DNA of 64,000 bases from Patescibacteria group bacterium (GTDB taxonomy: Bacteria; Patescibacteriota; Gracilibacteria; BD1-5; UBA2023), in NCBI GenBank assembly GCA_031539225.1, contig JAVKLJ010000001.1, positions 19,791 to 83,790 on the forward strand, in the 5' to 3' direction. The notes under the pieces were generated by a model, which ran no database searches, had not been told where the DNA came from, and worked only from the letters and a program-made list of their open reading frames with translations. Position numbers and translations under genes: made by a program. Numbering within the stretch: position 1 is the stretch's first letter; the number at the start of each line of letters is the position of its first letter. Shown here one piece after another: positions 24,009 to 36,404 of the stretch.

Positions 24009-24035
24009 TTAGCACTTATAAAAAATAGGTGCTAA
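24009..24035 (+). promoter_or_regulatory. CIRCE operator (HrcA binding site) upstream of groES
   Basis: TTAGCACTT-ATAAAAAAT-AGGTGCTAA, compared with the consensus TTAGCACTC-N9-GAGTGCTAA. It lies 121 nt upstream of the groES ATG, and an hrcA gene is present at 41787-42485. Confidence 0.8.
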
Positions 24036-24041
24036 ATTTTT

Positions 24042-24069
24042 TTGACTTTTTATTTCAATTTTATAAAAT
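24042..24069 (+). promoter_or_regulatory. Candidate sigma70-type promoter for groES
   Basis: TTGACT (24042-24047), a 16-nt spacer, then TAAAAT (24064-24069). AT-rich context, so only suggestive. Confidence 0.35.
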
Positions 24070-24155
24070 CAGAGGAAGTATAGGATAAAAGAATTTTTAT
24101 TCCGCGGATATATCTCTATACTCTCTATATCTTATTTTTTAACTTTTCTTTTTTT

Positions 24156-24470
24156 ATGAGCATCTCTCATGATATGATCGAAAAGATCACTCCCCTCTCG
24201 GATAGAGTACTTCTGAAACCTGTAGAGGCAGATAAGGTCACAGCATCAGGTATCATCATCCCTGATAGTGCCAACAAAGAACGACCATCCGTCTATGAGG
24301 TCATCGCTATCGGACCTGGAAAGATGGACAAAAATGGACAAGAAATAAAAATCGACCTCAAGAAATGAGATCGAGTTATCAGCGGACAATACTCTGGTGA
24401 TGATGTAAAAGTCGGAGATACTACTTATAAGATAGTAGCGTTTGAGTATATTTTGGCGAAAATCGCATAA
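24156..24470 (+). CDS. groES: Co-chaperonin GroES
   Basis: [37 protein letters not shown]..; 104 aa with one in-frame TGA (KKGDRVI). Confidence 0.92.
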
Positions 24471-24632
24471 TTTTCATAGATGAAAAACAGGTTTTTCGGG
24501 GTTTGGGGAGAGAAACTGTCTGAGTCAGATGAAAAACAGAAAATAGATGAGCAAAGCGAACGAGTTTTTCTCTCCCCAATAGTTTTGGTACTTTTTCTAC
24601 AAAAAGTACATAATACTCCTAAAGAACTCCCT

Positions 24633-24995
24633 ATGGATTTAAAAACTTTTGTAAAAGAATCTCTGATTCAAATCGATGAAGCATTAGCTGAAACATCTGA
24701 AAGATTTACTCAATATAGTTATAAATATTGAAGAAATACTTGAGGAAATCCAACTATTGACTTTGAAGTGCAAGTCTACGCTTCTGAATGAACATGAACA
24801 ACATGATGAGCATGAATAAGCGTTGCTTGATGGAAATTATGAATGAACTGAGAAAGTAAGAACTCAAACTATGAACAAAGCAAAATCAGCTTTAGTGTTG
24901 TAAGAGAAAATACACCTAAACAAGATAAGATCGAAAGAGAAGAAAGGAAAAAACATGCTCCAGTATTAAAAACCTATACCCCATTTAATGCATAA
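24633..24995 (+). CDS. Small trypco2-like (trypsin-co-occurring domain 2-like) protein inserted between groES and groEL
   Basis: MDLKTFVKESLIQIDEALAETSERF..GGNPTIDFEVQVYASEGTGTTGGAGISVAGWKLGMNGESKNSNYEQSKISFSVVRE. The layout is an N-terminal helix, a beta strand, a Gly-rich loop and more beta strands. Ten Gly in the loop are TGA codons. Start chosen at the ATG at 24633; the frame is open from 24480. Confidence 0.6.
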
Positions 24996-25007
24996 CCTTT
25001 AATAACC

Positions 25008-26648
25008 ATGTCAAAACAAATTCACTTCGGAGACGAAGCTCGTCTCAAGATGTTCTCCGGTATGGAGAAAGTCGCAAAAACAGTAACGGCTACTATGGGA
25101 CCAAAAGGTCGCAATGTGATATTCGCTAAATCCTACGGCGCGCCTCAGGTAACCAACGATGGTGTCACTATAGCAAAAGAAATCGAACTCGAAGATAAAA
25201 TCGAGAATATGGGTGCGGAGCTCATAAAAGAAGCTGCGAGCCGTACAAACGATGCTGCCGGTGATGGAACAACTACTGCCACTCTCCTCACCTATGCAAT
25301 GGTGAAAGAATGACTCCGTGAAATCCGCTCTGGAATCAACGCAATAGAGCTCAAAAATGGTATGAAAAAAGCAGGCTCTCTCGTCGTAGATGAACTCGCT
25401 CGTATGAGTCAAACCCTGGGTACTCAGGAAGAAATAGAGCAAGTCGCAACGATATCAGCTCAAGATGCTGAAGTTGGACAGATTATCGCATCTGCCATGG
25501 AGAAGGTCGGAAAAGATGGCGTTATCACTGTCGAAGAAGGTCGTACATTTGGACTCGAAGTCGAAGTCACAGAAGGTATGAAATTCGATAATGGATATAT
25601 CTCTCCGTATATGATCACTGATGGAGAGAAGATGGAATGACGAATCTCCGATGCGCATATCCTCATCACAGACAAAAAAATCTCATCGCTCAAGGATATC
25701 CTCGGCGTCCTCGAATCTCTGGCACAATCAGGAAGAAGAGAACTCGTCATCATCGCAGATGATATCGACGGAGAAGCACTCACAGGTATCATCCTCAACA
25801 AACTCAAATGAGTCCTCACAGTTCTCGGTATCAAAGCTCCAGGATTTGGCGACAAGAAAAAAGAAATGCTCAAGGATCTCGCTATCCTCACAGGTGCAAC
25901 TCTCATCACAGAAGAAACTGGATACAAGCTCGAAAACGCATCTATCGAACATCTCGGTCATGCGAAGGCAGTCGTATCAACAAAAGATAGCACGACCATC
26001 ATCTCTGGTGGTGGAGACAAGCATCTCATCAATACACGAGTAAATGAACTCCGTAATCAAATAGAAGCAACAAAGAGTGACTACGATAAGGAAAAACTCG
26101 CTGAACGCATCGCAAAACTCGCAGGTGGAATCGCAGTTATCAAAGTAGGTGCTGCAAGTGAAGTAGAAATGAAAGAAAAGAAACTCCGCATAGAAGATGC
26201 ACTGAATGCAACCAAGGCTGCAGTCGATGAGGGTATCGTTGCTGGTGGTGGAGTAGCACTCCTCAAGGCTGCAAAAGTACTCGAAAAAGTGAACCTCACA
26301 AAAGAGGAAAAAGTCTGAGCTGATATCGTCGCTCGTGCACTTACCTACCCTGTTCGTCAAATCGCTGACAATGCAGGAAAAGAAGGTGCAGTCGTAGTAA
26401 ATGAAGTTGCTTCAAGCGCTGATGCGAACTACGGATATGATGCTGCTCGAGATGAATATAAAGACCTCGTAAAAGCTGGTATCATCGACCCAACAAAAGT
26501 TGCTCGTTCTGCTCTCCAAAATGCTGTCTCTATCGCTGGAATGTTCCTCACGACAGAGGCTCTCATCGTGGATGCTCCGAAAAAAGAAGAAGCACCTGCA
26601 ATGCCTCCTGGAGGTATGGGTGGTATGGGGTGAATGGGAATGTATTAG
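25008..26648 (+). CDS. groEL: Chaperonin GroEL
   Basis: Full-length GroEL (546 aa): [26 protein letters not shown] and a C-terminal GGMGGMGGMGMY. Five in-frame TGAs, all at Gly positions. TAG stop. Confidence 0.97.
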
Positions 26649-26660
26649 AAGCAAGAAATA

Positions 26661-26689
26661 AAAAAACACCGAATATTCGGTGTTTTTTT
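26661..26689. terminator. Bidirectional terminator between groEL and the convergent cNMP-binding gene
   Basis: aaaaaacaccgaa-tat-ttcggtgtttttt: a 13-bp stem with symmetric A and T tracts. Confidence 0.75.
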
Positions 26690-26697
26690 ATTGTAGT

Positions 26698-27093
26698 TTA
26701 GTGTTTTACATTTTCAGCTATTCTTCTTTTTATTTCTGTTTTCATTTCTTCAGCATGTTTCGATCGTTCGAGGAGGACGAGAAAATCAGCTTTGAGAAAC
26801 ACCTGAAGCTCGACATCATCAATAGCCTCTATAGTTGCATTTCGTGGCTCATCAGTGATAAGAGCAATTTCTCCAAAAAAAGAACCAGGACCGAGAAGTG
26901 CAATCTCGTTTCCTTCTCTGATAACCTTGAGATGTCCACTATTGATATAGTATGCACAACCATTTGATGCATCGTTCATAGCGACAATTATTTCTCATTT
27001 TTTTCGATATTGCGTTTGACTCATGAGGAGAAAATAGGCAATTTCCTCTTTTGAAAATCCATCGAAAATATAGAGGCTTTCAATATTTGACAT
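26698..27093 (-). CDS. Stand-alone cyclic-nucleotide-binding (CAP/Crp effector) domain protein
   Basis: GSFFGEIALITDEPRNATIEA is the cNMP-binding signature (FGE...R.A). 131 aa with no DNA-binding domain. One TGA. Confidence 0.75.
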
Positions 27094-27155
27094 AGCATGA
27101 AAGTAAATGTATGTGACGATTATATATGAATTCTTAATTTTGTGCAACTATTTGC

Positions 27156-27182
27156 AAAAAAATCCCAATAATGGGATTTTTT
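27156..27182. terminator. Symmetric hairpin after the SH3b gene
   Basis: aaaaaaatccca-ataa-tgggatttttt. Confidence 0.6.
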
Positions 27183-27196
27183 AGAAATGGACAATA

Positions 27197-28135
27197 TTAC
27201 TCTTTTCTCTGTTTTTTATCAGTAACGAGATAATCAGAACGAATATATCCATGGATACTGTCATCGTCATTTTTCACCTCAGACCAATTATCCACAGTAG
27301 AGACAATATAGAGAGGAGTCTGATTTCCGAGAACTGCAACGATAGAGGCACCATACCATGGATGAGAGCGAACATTGACGAGATAGGCAACATTTACATG
27401 TGCAACATCACTCCAGTATGCCTGATCAGCCTGACCGAGACGCACGAGATCACTCGCATTTGGATTGCGGAGGTAGCGACTTGCGATATATCCAGAAGCC
27501 TTTCCTGTAGTGTCAGCTTCGATAGTATTTTCTCGAGTATCTGTGACAGATACAGTAGCACCTTGCACTCCTATCCATCCAAGACCTGTACCACTCACAA
27601 CGAGTGGCTCATTATTCATGAGGTATGCAACCGTTTTACTATTTTTACTCTTCATCTGTCTCATGCGAACGCTTCGAATCACCTCAGCATAACGAATCTG
27701 TTTTTCTTTCATAGTTTCGAGACGATAGTTCACGATATCAGTCGAAGCAAGATCAAGAAGTGGACCAGAAACTGTAGCATCATATCGTGGTGTAACCACT
27801 TCTACACCTGTAGAAACAAGTACCTCTGGTGAAGTCACCTGAGTAGTGACTGAACCTGTAGCTTCCACAGCTATCGCTCCTGTTTGGGTAGTAACTGAAT
27901 CTACTGGAGTGACTACAGAAACAACTTCAGTCTCAGGAACTTTTGGACCAAGACACTTTGGATTATTTTTTTCTATATGAGAGACTTCGAGTTTTCCAGC
28001 CTCAGTACGAATCACAACTGTACCATCACAACTCACCCAAACAACGAGTCATTCTTTTTCACTCGCTTGAGATACTGCCCAGACAATCGGAGAAAGTGCT
28101 AAAAGTACGACTACAAAAAGTGAACGAAGACGCAT
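27197..28135 (-). CDS. Secreted protein with tandem bacterial SH3 (SH3b) domains
   Basis: Signal peptide MRLRSLFVVVLLALSPIVWA and a T/V-rich linker. Two SH3b-like blocks follow (..VRMRQMKSKNSKTVAYLMNNEPLVV.. and VNVRSHPWYGASIVAVLGNQTPLYIVSTVDNWSEV..GYIRSDYL). Confidence 0.7.
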
Positions 28136-28213
28136 AAGAGAAAAATTAAATACTAAATTTAATCTCAATATACACTTATTTTTAATTTGTCAAATTTATT
28201 TTATAATATAAAA

Positions 28214-28243
28214 ATAACCCAGAGAAAAAATATCCTGAGTTAT
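28214..28243 (-). terminator. Hairpin downstream of clpC
   Basis: ataacccag-N12-ctgagttat (one G-U pair on the minus-strand RNA), 20 nt after the TAG at 28264. Confidence 0.45.
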
Positions 28244-28263
28244 TGTTATGAAGAGGAAAATTA

Positions 28264-30837
28264 CTATTTCCAAGAAAAAGAAAGTTCTTTTTTTGATGCA
28301 GAAATATGGAGTGTTTTCTCTTTCTTTTTTTCGAGCATATGGTTTGCAATGACATCCTCGATAGAATCTTGGATAAATCGTCTCACTGGTCTTGCACCGT
28401 ATTCTGGATTGTAGGTCTTTTCGAGGATTACACTTGTTGCTTTCGTATCAAAAGTACAAGTAATACTCAAGAGAGCGAGGCGTCTAATGAGATCATTCAT
28501 TTGAAGTCCTATAATATTTTTGAGAATCTTTTTATCAAGAGGATTGAAGACGATAGTTTTATCGATACGATTGAGGAACTCTGGAGAGAAAAATTCTGGA
28601 AGCTGTTTCATGACCTTTTCACGAATAGTATCATAGTCTGCGATGATTTTTGCCTCTTCCTTTTCATTTACGAGAAAACCGATTTTTTCAGCCTGAGAAT
28701 TAAATTCATCAGAACCAATATTGGAAGTCATGATGATGATTGTATTCTTGAAATTTACTGAACGGCCTTTTCCATCAGAAATAGCACCATCCTCGAGAAT
28801 CTGGAGAAGGAGATTATAGACATCAAAATTTCCTTTTTCTATCTCATCAAACAATACAATAGAGTATGGTTTTCTGCGAACTTTTTCTGTGAGCATGCCG
28901 CCCTCATCATATCAAACATATCCTGCTGTAGTACCGATAAGTTTTGAAGCACTTGATTTATCTTGAAACTCACTCATATCAATCTTTATAAGTGCCTTTG
29001 GATCAGAAAAGAATTCTTCTGCAAGAGCCTTTACGAGTTCTGTTTTTCCAACTCCTGTAGGACCAAGAAAAAGAAATGAACCAATTGGACGATTTGGATT
29101 TGAAATTCCTATTCGAGATCGTTTGAGAGAGTTAACTATAGAATCAATAGCATTATCCTGACCGATAATACGAGACTTTAGAGCAGAGTCGAGTCATTTG
29201 AGGCGACTGAGATCTTCTTTTTCGAGATTTTTTAGAGGAATTCCTGTCATACCATGCATGACTTTTTGGACATCAGCACTCGTAATATGGAGCCTGTCTT
29301 TTCGAGGAATAACACGCTTTTTTCGCTTTTCTTCCACTTCTTTGAGGATTTCTTCGAGAATCTTTCTTTTTGCTAAAGCCTTTTGATATTGCTGAGAAAT
29401 GAGGAATTCTTCCATCTGCTTTTGTACTCCTTGCATCTTTTCTTTGAGTTTTGCAATTTCTGGATTATCAAAATTGTAGGTCATACTCTTTGCACTACAT
29501 GCCTCATCAATGAGATCTATTGCTTTATCAGGAAGAAATCTATCAGTGATATATCGAGTAGAGAACTCAACAGCATCAGCAACAGCATCATCATCAATGA
29601 TGAGATTATGAAATTCTTCAAAACTCGGGCGAATACCCGTAATAATCTCAATTGCGGTTTTTTTATCAGGTTCAGCGACATCAATTTTCTGGAATCTGCG
29701 TTCCAGTGCACTATCCTTCTCAATATGTTTTTGGTATTCTGCGAGTGTCGTTGCACCAATGAGGCATATTTTTCCACGGGCCATGGCAGGTTTCAGGATA
29801 TTTGCCGCATCAAGTGATCACTCACCAGAACCAGCACCGATGATAGTATGTATCTCATCGATAAAAAGTATTATTTCATTTTCGAGTTTTGATGCCTCTT
29901 CGATAACGAGTTTGATACGGTGTTCAAATTCACCACGATATTTTGTTCCAGCCACCATAGCCGAGAGATCTAGCGAGATGATTCTTTTATTTTGCATAGC
30001 AAATGGAACCTCTTTTTTCGCAATTCGAAGTGCAAGCCCCTCTATCACGGCAGTTTTCCCGACTCCAGGATCTCCAACGAGACATGGATTATTTTTTGTT
30101 TTTCGATTCAATATGCTGATAAGTCGCTCTATCTCCATATCTCGTCCAATAATTGGGTCGATTTTTCCATTTTTCGCCTCAAGCGTAAGATTGGTTCCAA
30201 AAAAGTCGAGTGCTGGAGTATCAGAATTCTTTTTATCTTGAGGGGGATTTTGTGAAAATGGATTTTTCGGACTCGCTATATTATCAGTTCCAGGAGTTTT
30301 TGTATTTCCAAATGTATCTTCTATCATGTTCATAATTTCCTCTATAGGACCAAAAAGTCCACCATTTGTCGCGGACTCAGTCGCACCAGAAATGAGTGTA
30401 TTGAGTTCAACAAGTTCAGACTCAAAATCTTTTGGTGCAATACCGATAAAATCGAGAAGTTGATAAAACCAATTTTCTGTTTCTGTTCGGAAAATAGCAA
30501 GAAGAAAATCCTCGATTCCAGCCTGAGATTTTTGAAAAGTCGATGCTACTTTCATAGAAGCAACTATAAGCTCCTTGAGACGAGGAGATATACCCGCATA
30601 ATCCCCTGTTCTCTCCGTTCAAACAATAGACTGAAACGGTGGACGAGAAAGAACATCGGTAATAATTGTTTGATTGATACCAAATGTCGTAAAAAGATCA
30701 GCAATGTTTCCAGTAGAGATATTTGCAATCTGAAAAACGATATCTTCAGGAAGGATTTCCTTATAACCAAATTGCTTCACGCGGTTTTCTGCGGCAAGCA
30801 TGATATTTCGGTATTCTTCGGTAAATTGATTGAGCAT
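28264..30837 (-). CDS. clpC: Clp/Hsp100 AAA+ chaperone ATPase, ClpC-like (Clp_N, two NBDs, short UVR-like middle domain)
   Basis: Fragments 28264-28896, 29194-29784, 29818-30555 and 30619-30837 are all in one frame. Walker A GDPGVGKT and GPTGVGKT, plus a short linker [22 protein letters not shown]. 857 aa with a TAG stop. Confidence 0.88.
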
Positions 30838-30979
30838 AGAGTTTGAGAGTAAATTGAATGTGGAGATTATAAGAAAAAACTCCTAAAAGCAACCTTATAT
30901 TGTCATTGTATTCTAGCATGTATGAAGGAAAAAGGGAAACATTTTTCCTTGCGAAAAAGAGGAAATAATGGAATCTATA

Positions 30980-31006
30980 TTGCAATTTCATGGGATTTTG
31001 TAGAAT
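30980..31006 (+). promoter_or_regulatory. Candidate extended -10 promoter for the response regulator
   Basis: TTGCAA (30980-30985), a 15-nt spacer ending in TG, then TAGAAT (31001-31006). Confidence 0.3.
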
Positions 31007-31033
31007 GGGAATATATTTATCATAATTGATCGT

Positions 31034-31717
31034 ATGGCAAAAATCCTTCTCGTCGAAGATGATATCGGCATCAGTACCTCTCTCATGCTCTACATGAAAG
31101 AAAGTGGACATGAGGTAATACTCTGTCAGAATGGAAATGACGCATTTGATGTATTTCAAAAAGAAAAACCACATATCATAATACTCGACATAAATCTCCC
31201 ATGAAAAAATGGAATAGAAATATGCTCTGAAATACGAAAAAATTCATTTATTCCTATTATCGTACTTTCCGCACGAGAAAGTGAGGACGATAAAGTAACC
31301 CTCCTCGAGCTCGGAGCTGATGATTATGTTTCAAAGCCATTCTCTCCAAGAGAACTCATGGCTCGTATATCAGCGGTGATAAAAAGAGTGACTCAAAATC
31401 CGCCGAAAACAAAATCCAGTGGAAAAAATATGGAATTCGGAAAGGTGCAAATTGATGGGAAAAATTTCATTGTGCTTGTAAATAATGAAGATGTGAGACT
31501 CACAAAGACAGAATTTCTCATTCTCGAATACTTCGTCAAAAATGCAAAAAACCTCATAAAACGAGATGCACTTATGAAAGATATCATTGGGTATGAAAAT
31601 TACCTCTATGACAGAACTATAGATACGCATATCAAAAATATCCGAAAAAAGCTCGAGTGAAGCATAGAAATAGAAACAGTACGAGGCATCGGGTATCGCG
31701 TTACACCAATACTATAA
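31034..31717 (+). CDS. OmpR/PhoB-family response regulator (REC + winged-helix), no adjacent histidine kinase
   Basis: KILLVEDD, IILDINLPGKNG, VLSAR, KPFSPREL and LTKTEFLILEYF..VRGIGYR. Two TGAs. Confidence 0.88.
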
Positions 31718-31807
31718 ACATCAAGTGAAGGATTTTATTTGCAACTCGATACTATTTTTATAGAATACCCAAAATTTTTCGACTCACCCACTTATCAAAT
31801 CTTCTTT

Positions 31808-33064
31808 ATGCTCAAGCTTTCTTGACCCCAAGACCTCAACTGAATCGTCGCCATATCTGGTTCAAAAAATGCTGCTCTTCCCCTCATTGCATGTGGGCTC
31901 TTTTTTGAGAAATTTACACTTCATAATGTACCAAGAATCGGTGATGTACTCACCTTTCTTTCCATCATAGAATCTCTTTGAGTAAAAGTAATCTTTGAAA
32001 AAAACACACTCACACTTGAAACGAGCAAAATGAATCTAGAGAGTATAAATATGGAGGCAATCAAGAAAATTCGTGTATGAATTTTTCTTTTTCCAGCCCT
32101 TCTCAAGAGATTTCGAAGTCTCGAAATACCATACCCTGGTGGATGTAATATAGGAAAAAGACCGATAGATGAACATATGCGAGCTTTTGAGGCATTTGGA
32201 TATAAAAATGATTGAGGAGATGATTTGCTCAAATTTTCATGAAACTATACAACAGAAGATGTACGCATTTCTGCTGGATTTGCAGTTACTGCGACAGAGA
32301 ACATACTCATGATAGCAGCATTTCGTACAGGAAAAACAACGATAGAACTCGCAGCTATAGAACCTCATGTTATCTGCCTGATAGATTTTCTCAAATCACT
32401 CTGAATCGAAATCACTCTCTCCCATGACCATACTATAGTCGTCAATGGAATCAAGCATGCTCCAAAAGAAGCAAGTGCAACCGTCATACATGACTATATA
32501 GAAAGTGGGACATTTGTAGTGCTCTGAGCACTGACAGCAAATCCCATGATTGAGATAAAAAATGCCAGAATAGCAGACCTCACTTTTTTCCTCGGGAAAT
32601 GTCGAGAAGCATGAGTCCGCTTTGATCTCGATGAGGGAAATGACACTATAAAAGTGTATAATTCTCGTTCAAATCTGAAAGCCGTAAATTTTCAGACCAA
32701 TATCTATCCTGGATTTCCAACCGATCTTCAGTCCCCTTTTTCACTCCTCCTCACACAAGCAGAGTGAATATCGAGAATTCACGAAGTTCTTTTTGAAGGA
32801 AGACTTAATTGGCTCGTAGAAATAGAAAAAATGAAATGACATATTGCTATCATGAATCCACATGAAGCTATGGTATTTGGAAAAACACACCTCCGAGGTG
32901 CGACAGTATCAAGTTGGGATCTGAGAGCCTGAGTAACGATGATACTCGCTGGGATGATTGCACGATGAGAGACACTCATCACCAATGTCGAATACATCGA
33001 ACGAGGATATGAGGATATCGTAGGGAAAATAGCGAAACTTGGTGGAAAAATCGAAACTATCTAA
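31808..33064 (+). CDS. murA: UDP-N-acetylglucosamine 1-carboxyvinyltransferase MurA
   Basis: [52 protein letters not shown] and [18 protein letters not shown]. 418 codons with about 14 TGAs, none producing a fragment of 60 aa or more in the ORF track. Confidence 0.9.
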
Positions 33065-33068
33065 TACT

Positions 33069-33254
33069 ATGTGATACTGAGACTATACTCCATCATCGCA
33101 CCATCCGAAAAAACCTCTGACGAAAGCAGAAGTGAAAAAAATGCAAGAAGCATATAATCGAGCTGACGAGATAAGTGCGGAAGTGAAAAAACAAGAAGAG
33201 GAAGAACAAAAGAAAACAGAATGAGAAACAGAAGAAATGTTGAAATTTTTATAA
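33069..33254 (+). CDS. Small charged hypothetical protein (61 aa)
   Basis: MGYGDYTPSSHHPKKPLTKAEVKKMQEAYNRADEISAEVKKQEEEEQKKTEGETEEMLKFL. It fills the gap between murA and the SGNH gene in the same orientation. No recognisable family. Confidence 0.35.
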
Positions 33255-33269
33255 TTTAATAAATAAAGT

Positions 33270-33911
33270 ATGCGTTATATATTACTAATAGTAATACTAA
33301 TCTTATTTACAAACACCAATGTTTTTGCTAATTTAGATAATGCAACTCCTTTTGAAAATGCGCGTGCAGAAGTTTATAGTAAAATACCCATCTCAAAAAA
33401 TGAAATAATATTTATTTGAGATAGCATTACCGAATGATTCCCAATAGATAAGTATATAAAAAATAGAAATATATTGGTTATGGGAATATCATGAAATGAA
33501 TCAATTGATATTAAAGAAAGAATACTCAATATAGCCAGTAGGAAACCAAAAAAAATATTTCTTATGATTGGTGCAAATGATTTGCGTTTATGAGCAAGTG
33601 AAGATATTTTATTTGAAAATATGAAAGAAATAGTATCTATTATAAGAAAGAATAGTCGTCAAACAAAAATATATCTAGAATCCATACTTCCAACGGGATG
33701 AATATTCTCAGGAATGATGCCAAGAATTATAAAATATAATAATTTAATGAAAGACTACTCAAGAAAAGAATGACTTGGCTATATAGATATATATCAATAT
33801 CTATATAATGATGGCTTCATAAAAGATTCTTTTAGTTATGATTGATTGCATCTAACATCAAAAGGATATATTGTATGGAAAATAGTAGTTCAAAAATATA
33901 TTCTCAACTAA
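33270..33911 (+). CDS. SGNH/GDSL-family hydrolase with signal peptide
   Basis: Blocks I FIGDSITEGFP, II GISGNES, III GANDL and V DGLHLTSKGY. The catalytic-block Gly residues are TGA codons. Confidence 0.85.
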
Positions 33912-33933
33912 AAATTATAAATATACGCATCAT

Positions 33934-34869
33934 ATGTCCATCCTCATCTCTGGTTCAGTAGCATTCGACACTATCATACATACAGTACAAACTCTCAGAA
34001 AGCATGATCTTGATACTGAAAAAAACCTTCATATTTCCCTATTTGCGCCAGTAGTCCAGCGAGAATACGGTGGAACGGCTGGAAACATAGCATATTCTCT
34101 TGCACTTCTCTGAAAAAAATCTCATATCATCGCATCTGTATGAGCAGATAGTGATGAGTATATTGAGAGACTCAATTCTCTCGGGATACATACAGAACTT
34201 ATCCACAAAGTTCTTTCTGAGCTTTCCCTTCAAGCATATATCGTACATGACGAATCTGATGGGCAAATCAATATTTTCCATCCAGGAGCAATGAATCATT
34301 CTGGAGAAATTAGCCATGGAAATATAGATTTTAAAATTGCGATAGTCGCGCCTGATACACCAAGTGGAATGAAGCGTCGTGTTCGAGAATGTAGTGAAGC
34401 ATGAATATATACGATATTTGACCCAGGACAAGCCATGGGGTGACTCAGGAAAGATGAACTTCTCGAACTCACAGAAAAAGCGAATATCACTATCATGAAT
34501 GAACCTGAAAGAATCCAATTTCGAGAAATAACAGGAATAGATTTTATAGAGAAAAGAACAGGAACATCAAATATAGCTATAGTCACTCTTGGGGAAAATG
34601 GAGCTATGCTCATCACAGATACCTGAGAGAAAATCATCAAATGAGTCAAGGCGGAAAAAATAGTCGATGCAACAGGATGTGGTGATGCATTTCGATCTGG
34701 GCTCCTCTATTGACTCTCGGAGGGATGGGAAATCGAAAAATCAATCCAACTGGCAAATATCATAGGAAGTATCAAGATAGGATTCATCGGATGACAAAAT
34801 CATATTCTCGATAAAGAGAAAATAAATATTCTCTGAAAAAATAATTTTGGTATAAAATTTTTTGAATAA
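33934..34869 (+). CDS. PfkB-family carbohydrate/nucleoside kinase (adenosine-kinase-like)
   Basis: REYGGTAGNIAYSL, TLGENGAML and DATGCGDAFRSGLLYGL (PfkB signature 2). Sits directly upstream of ahcY. Confidence 0.75.
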
Positions 34870-34936
34870 ATAAAGATTATTTCTATACTCTTTCGGTTAC
34901 AAAAACAAATGTATTTTTATTTTTTATATATTTTCT

Positions 34937-36325
<1,389 letters not shown>

Positions 36326-36332
36326 TAGAATA

Positions 36333-36357
36333 GAAATCCCCAAAATTGGGGATTTTT
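36333..36357. terminator. Hairpin after ahcY
   Basis: gaaatcccc-aaaatt-ggggattttt. Confidence 0.6.
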
Positions 36358-36404
36358 CTTTGGCAAATAGACTATATTCGATAGAATCAAGAAAACTCTT
36401 TTCT

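Noticed and set aside
24480-24632. The N-terminal 51 codons of standard-code ORF 24480-24731 (MKNRFFGVWGEKLSES...) as part of the inserted protein.
   Set aside because: This segment is dominated by two inverted repeats and gives an implausible peptide. The domain-like sequence begins at the internal ATG at 24633.
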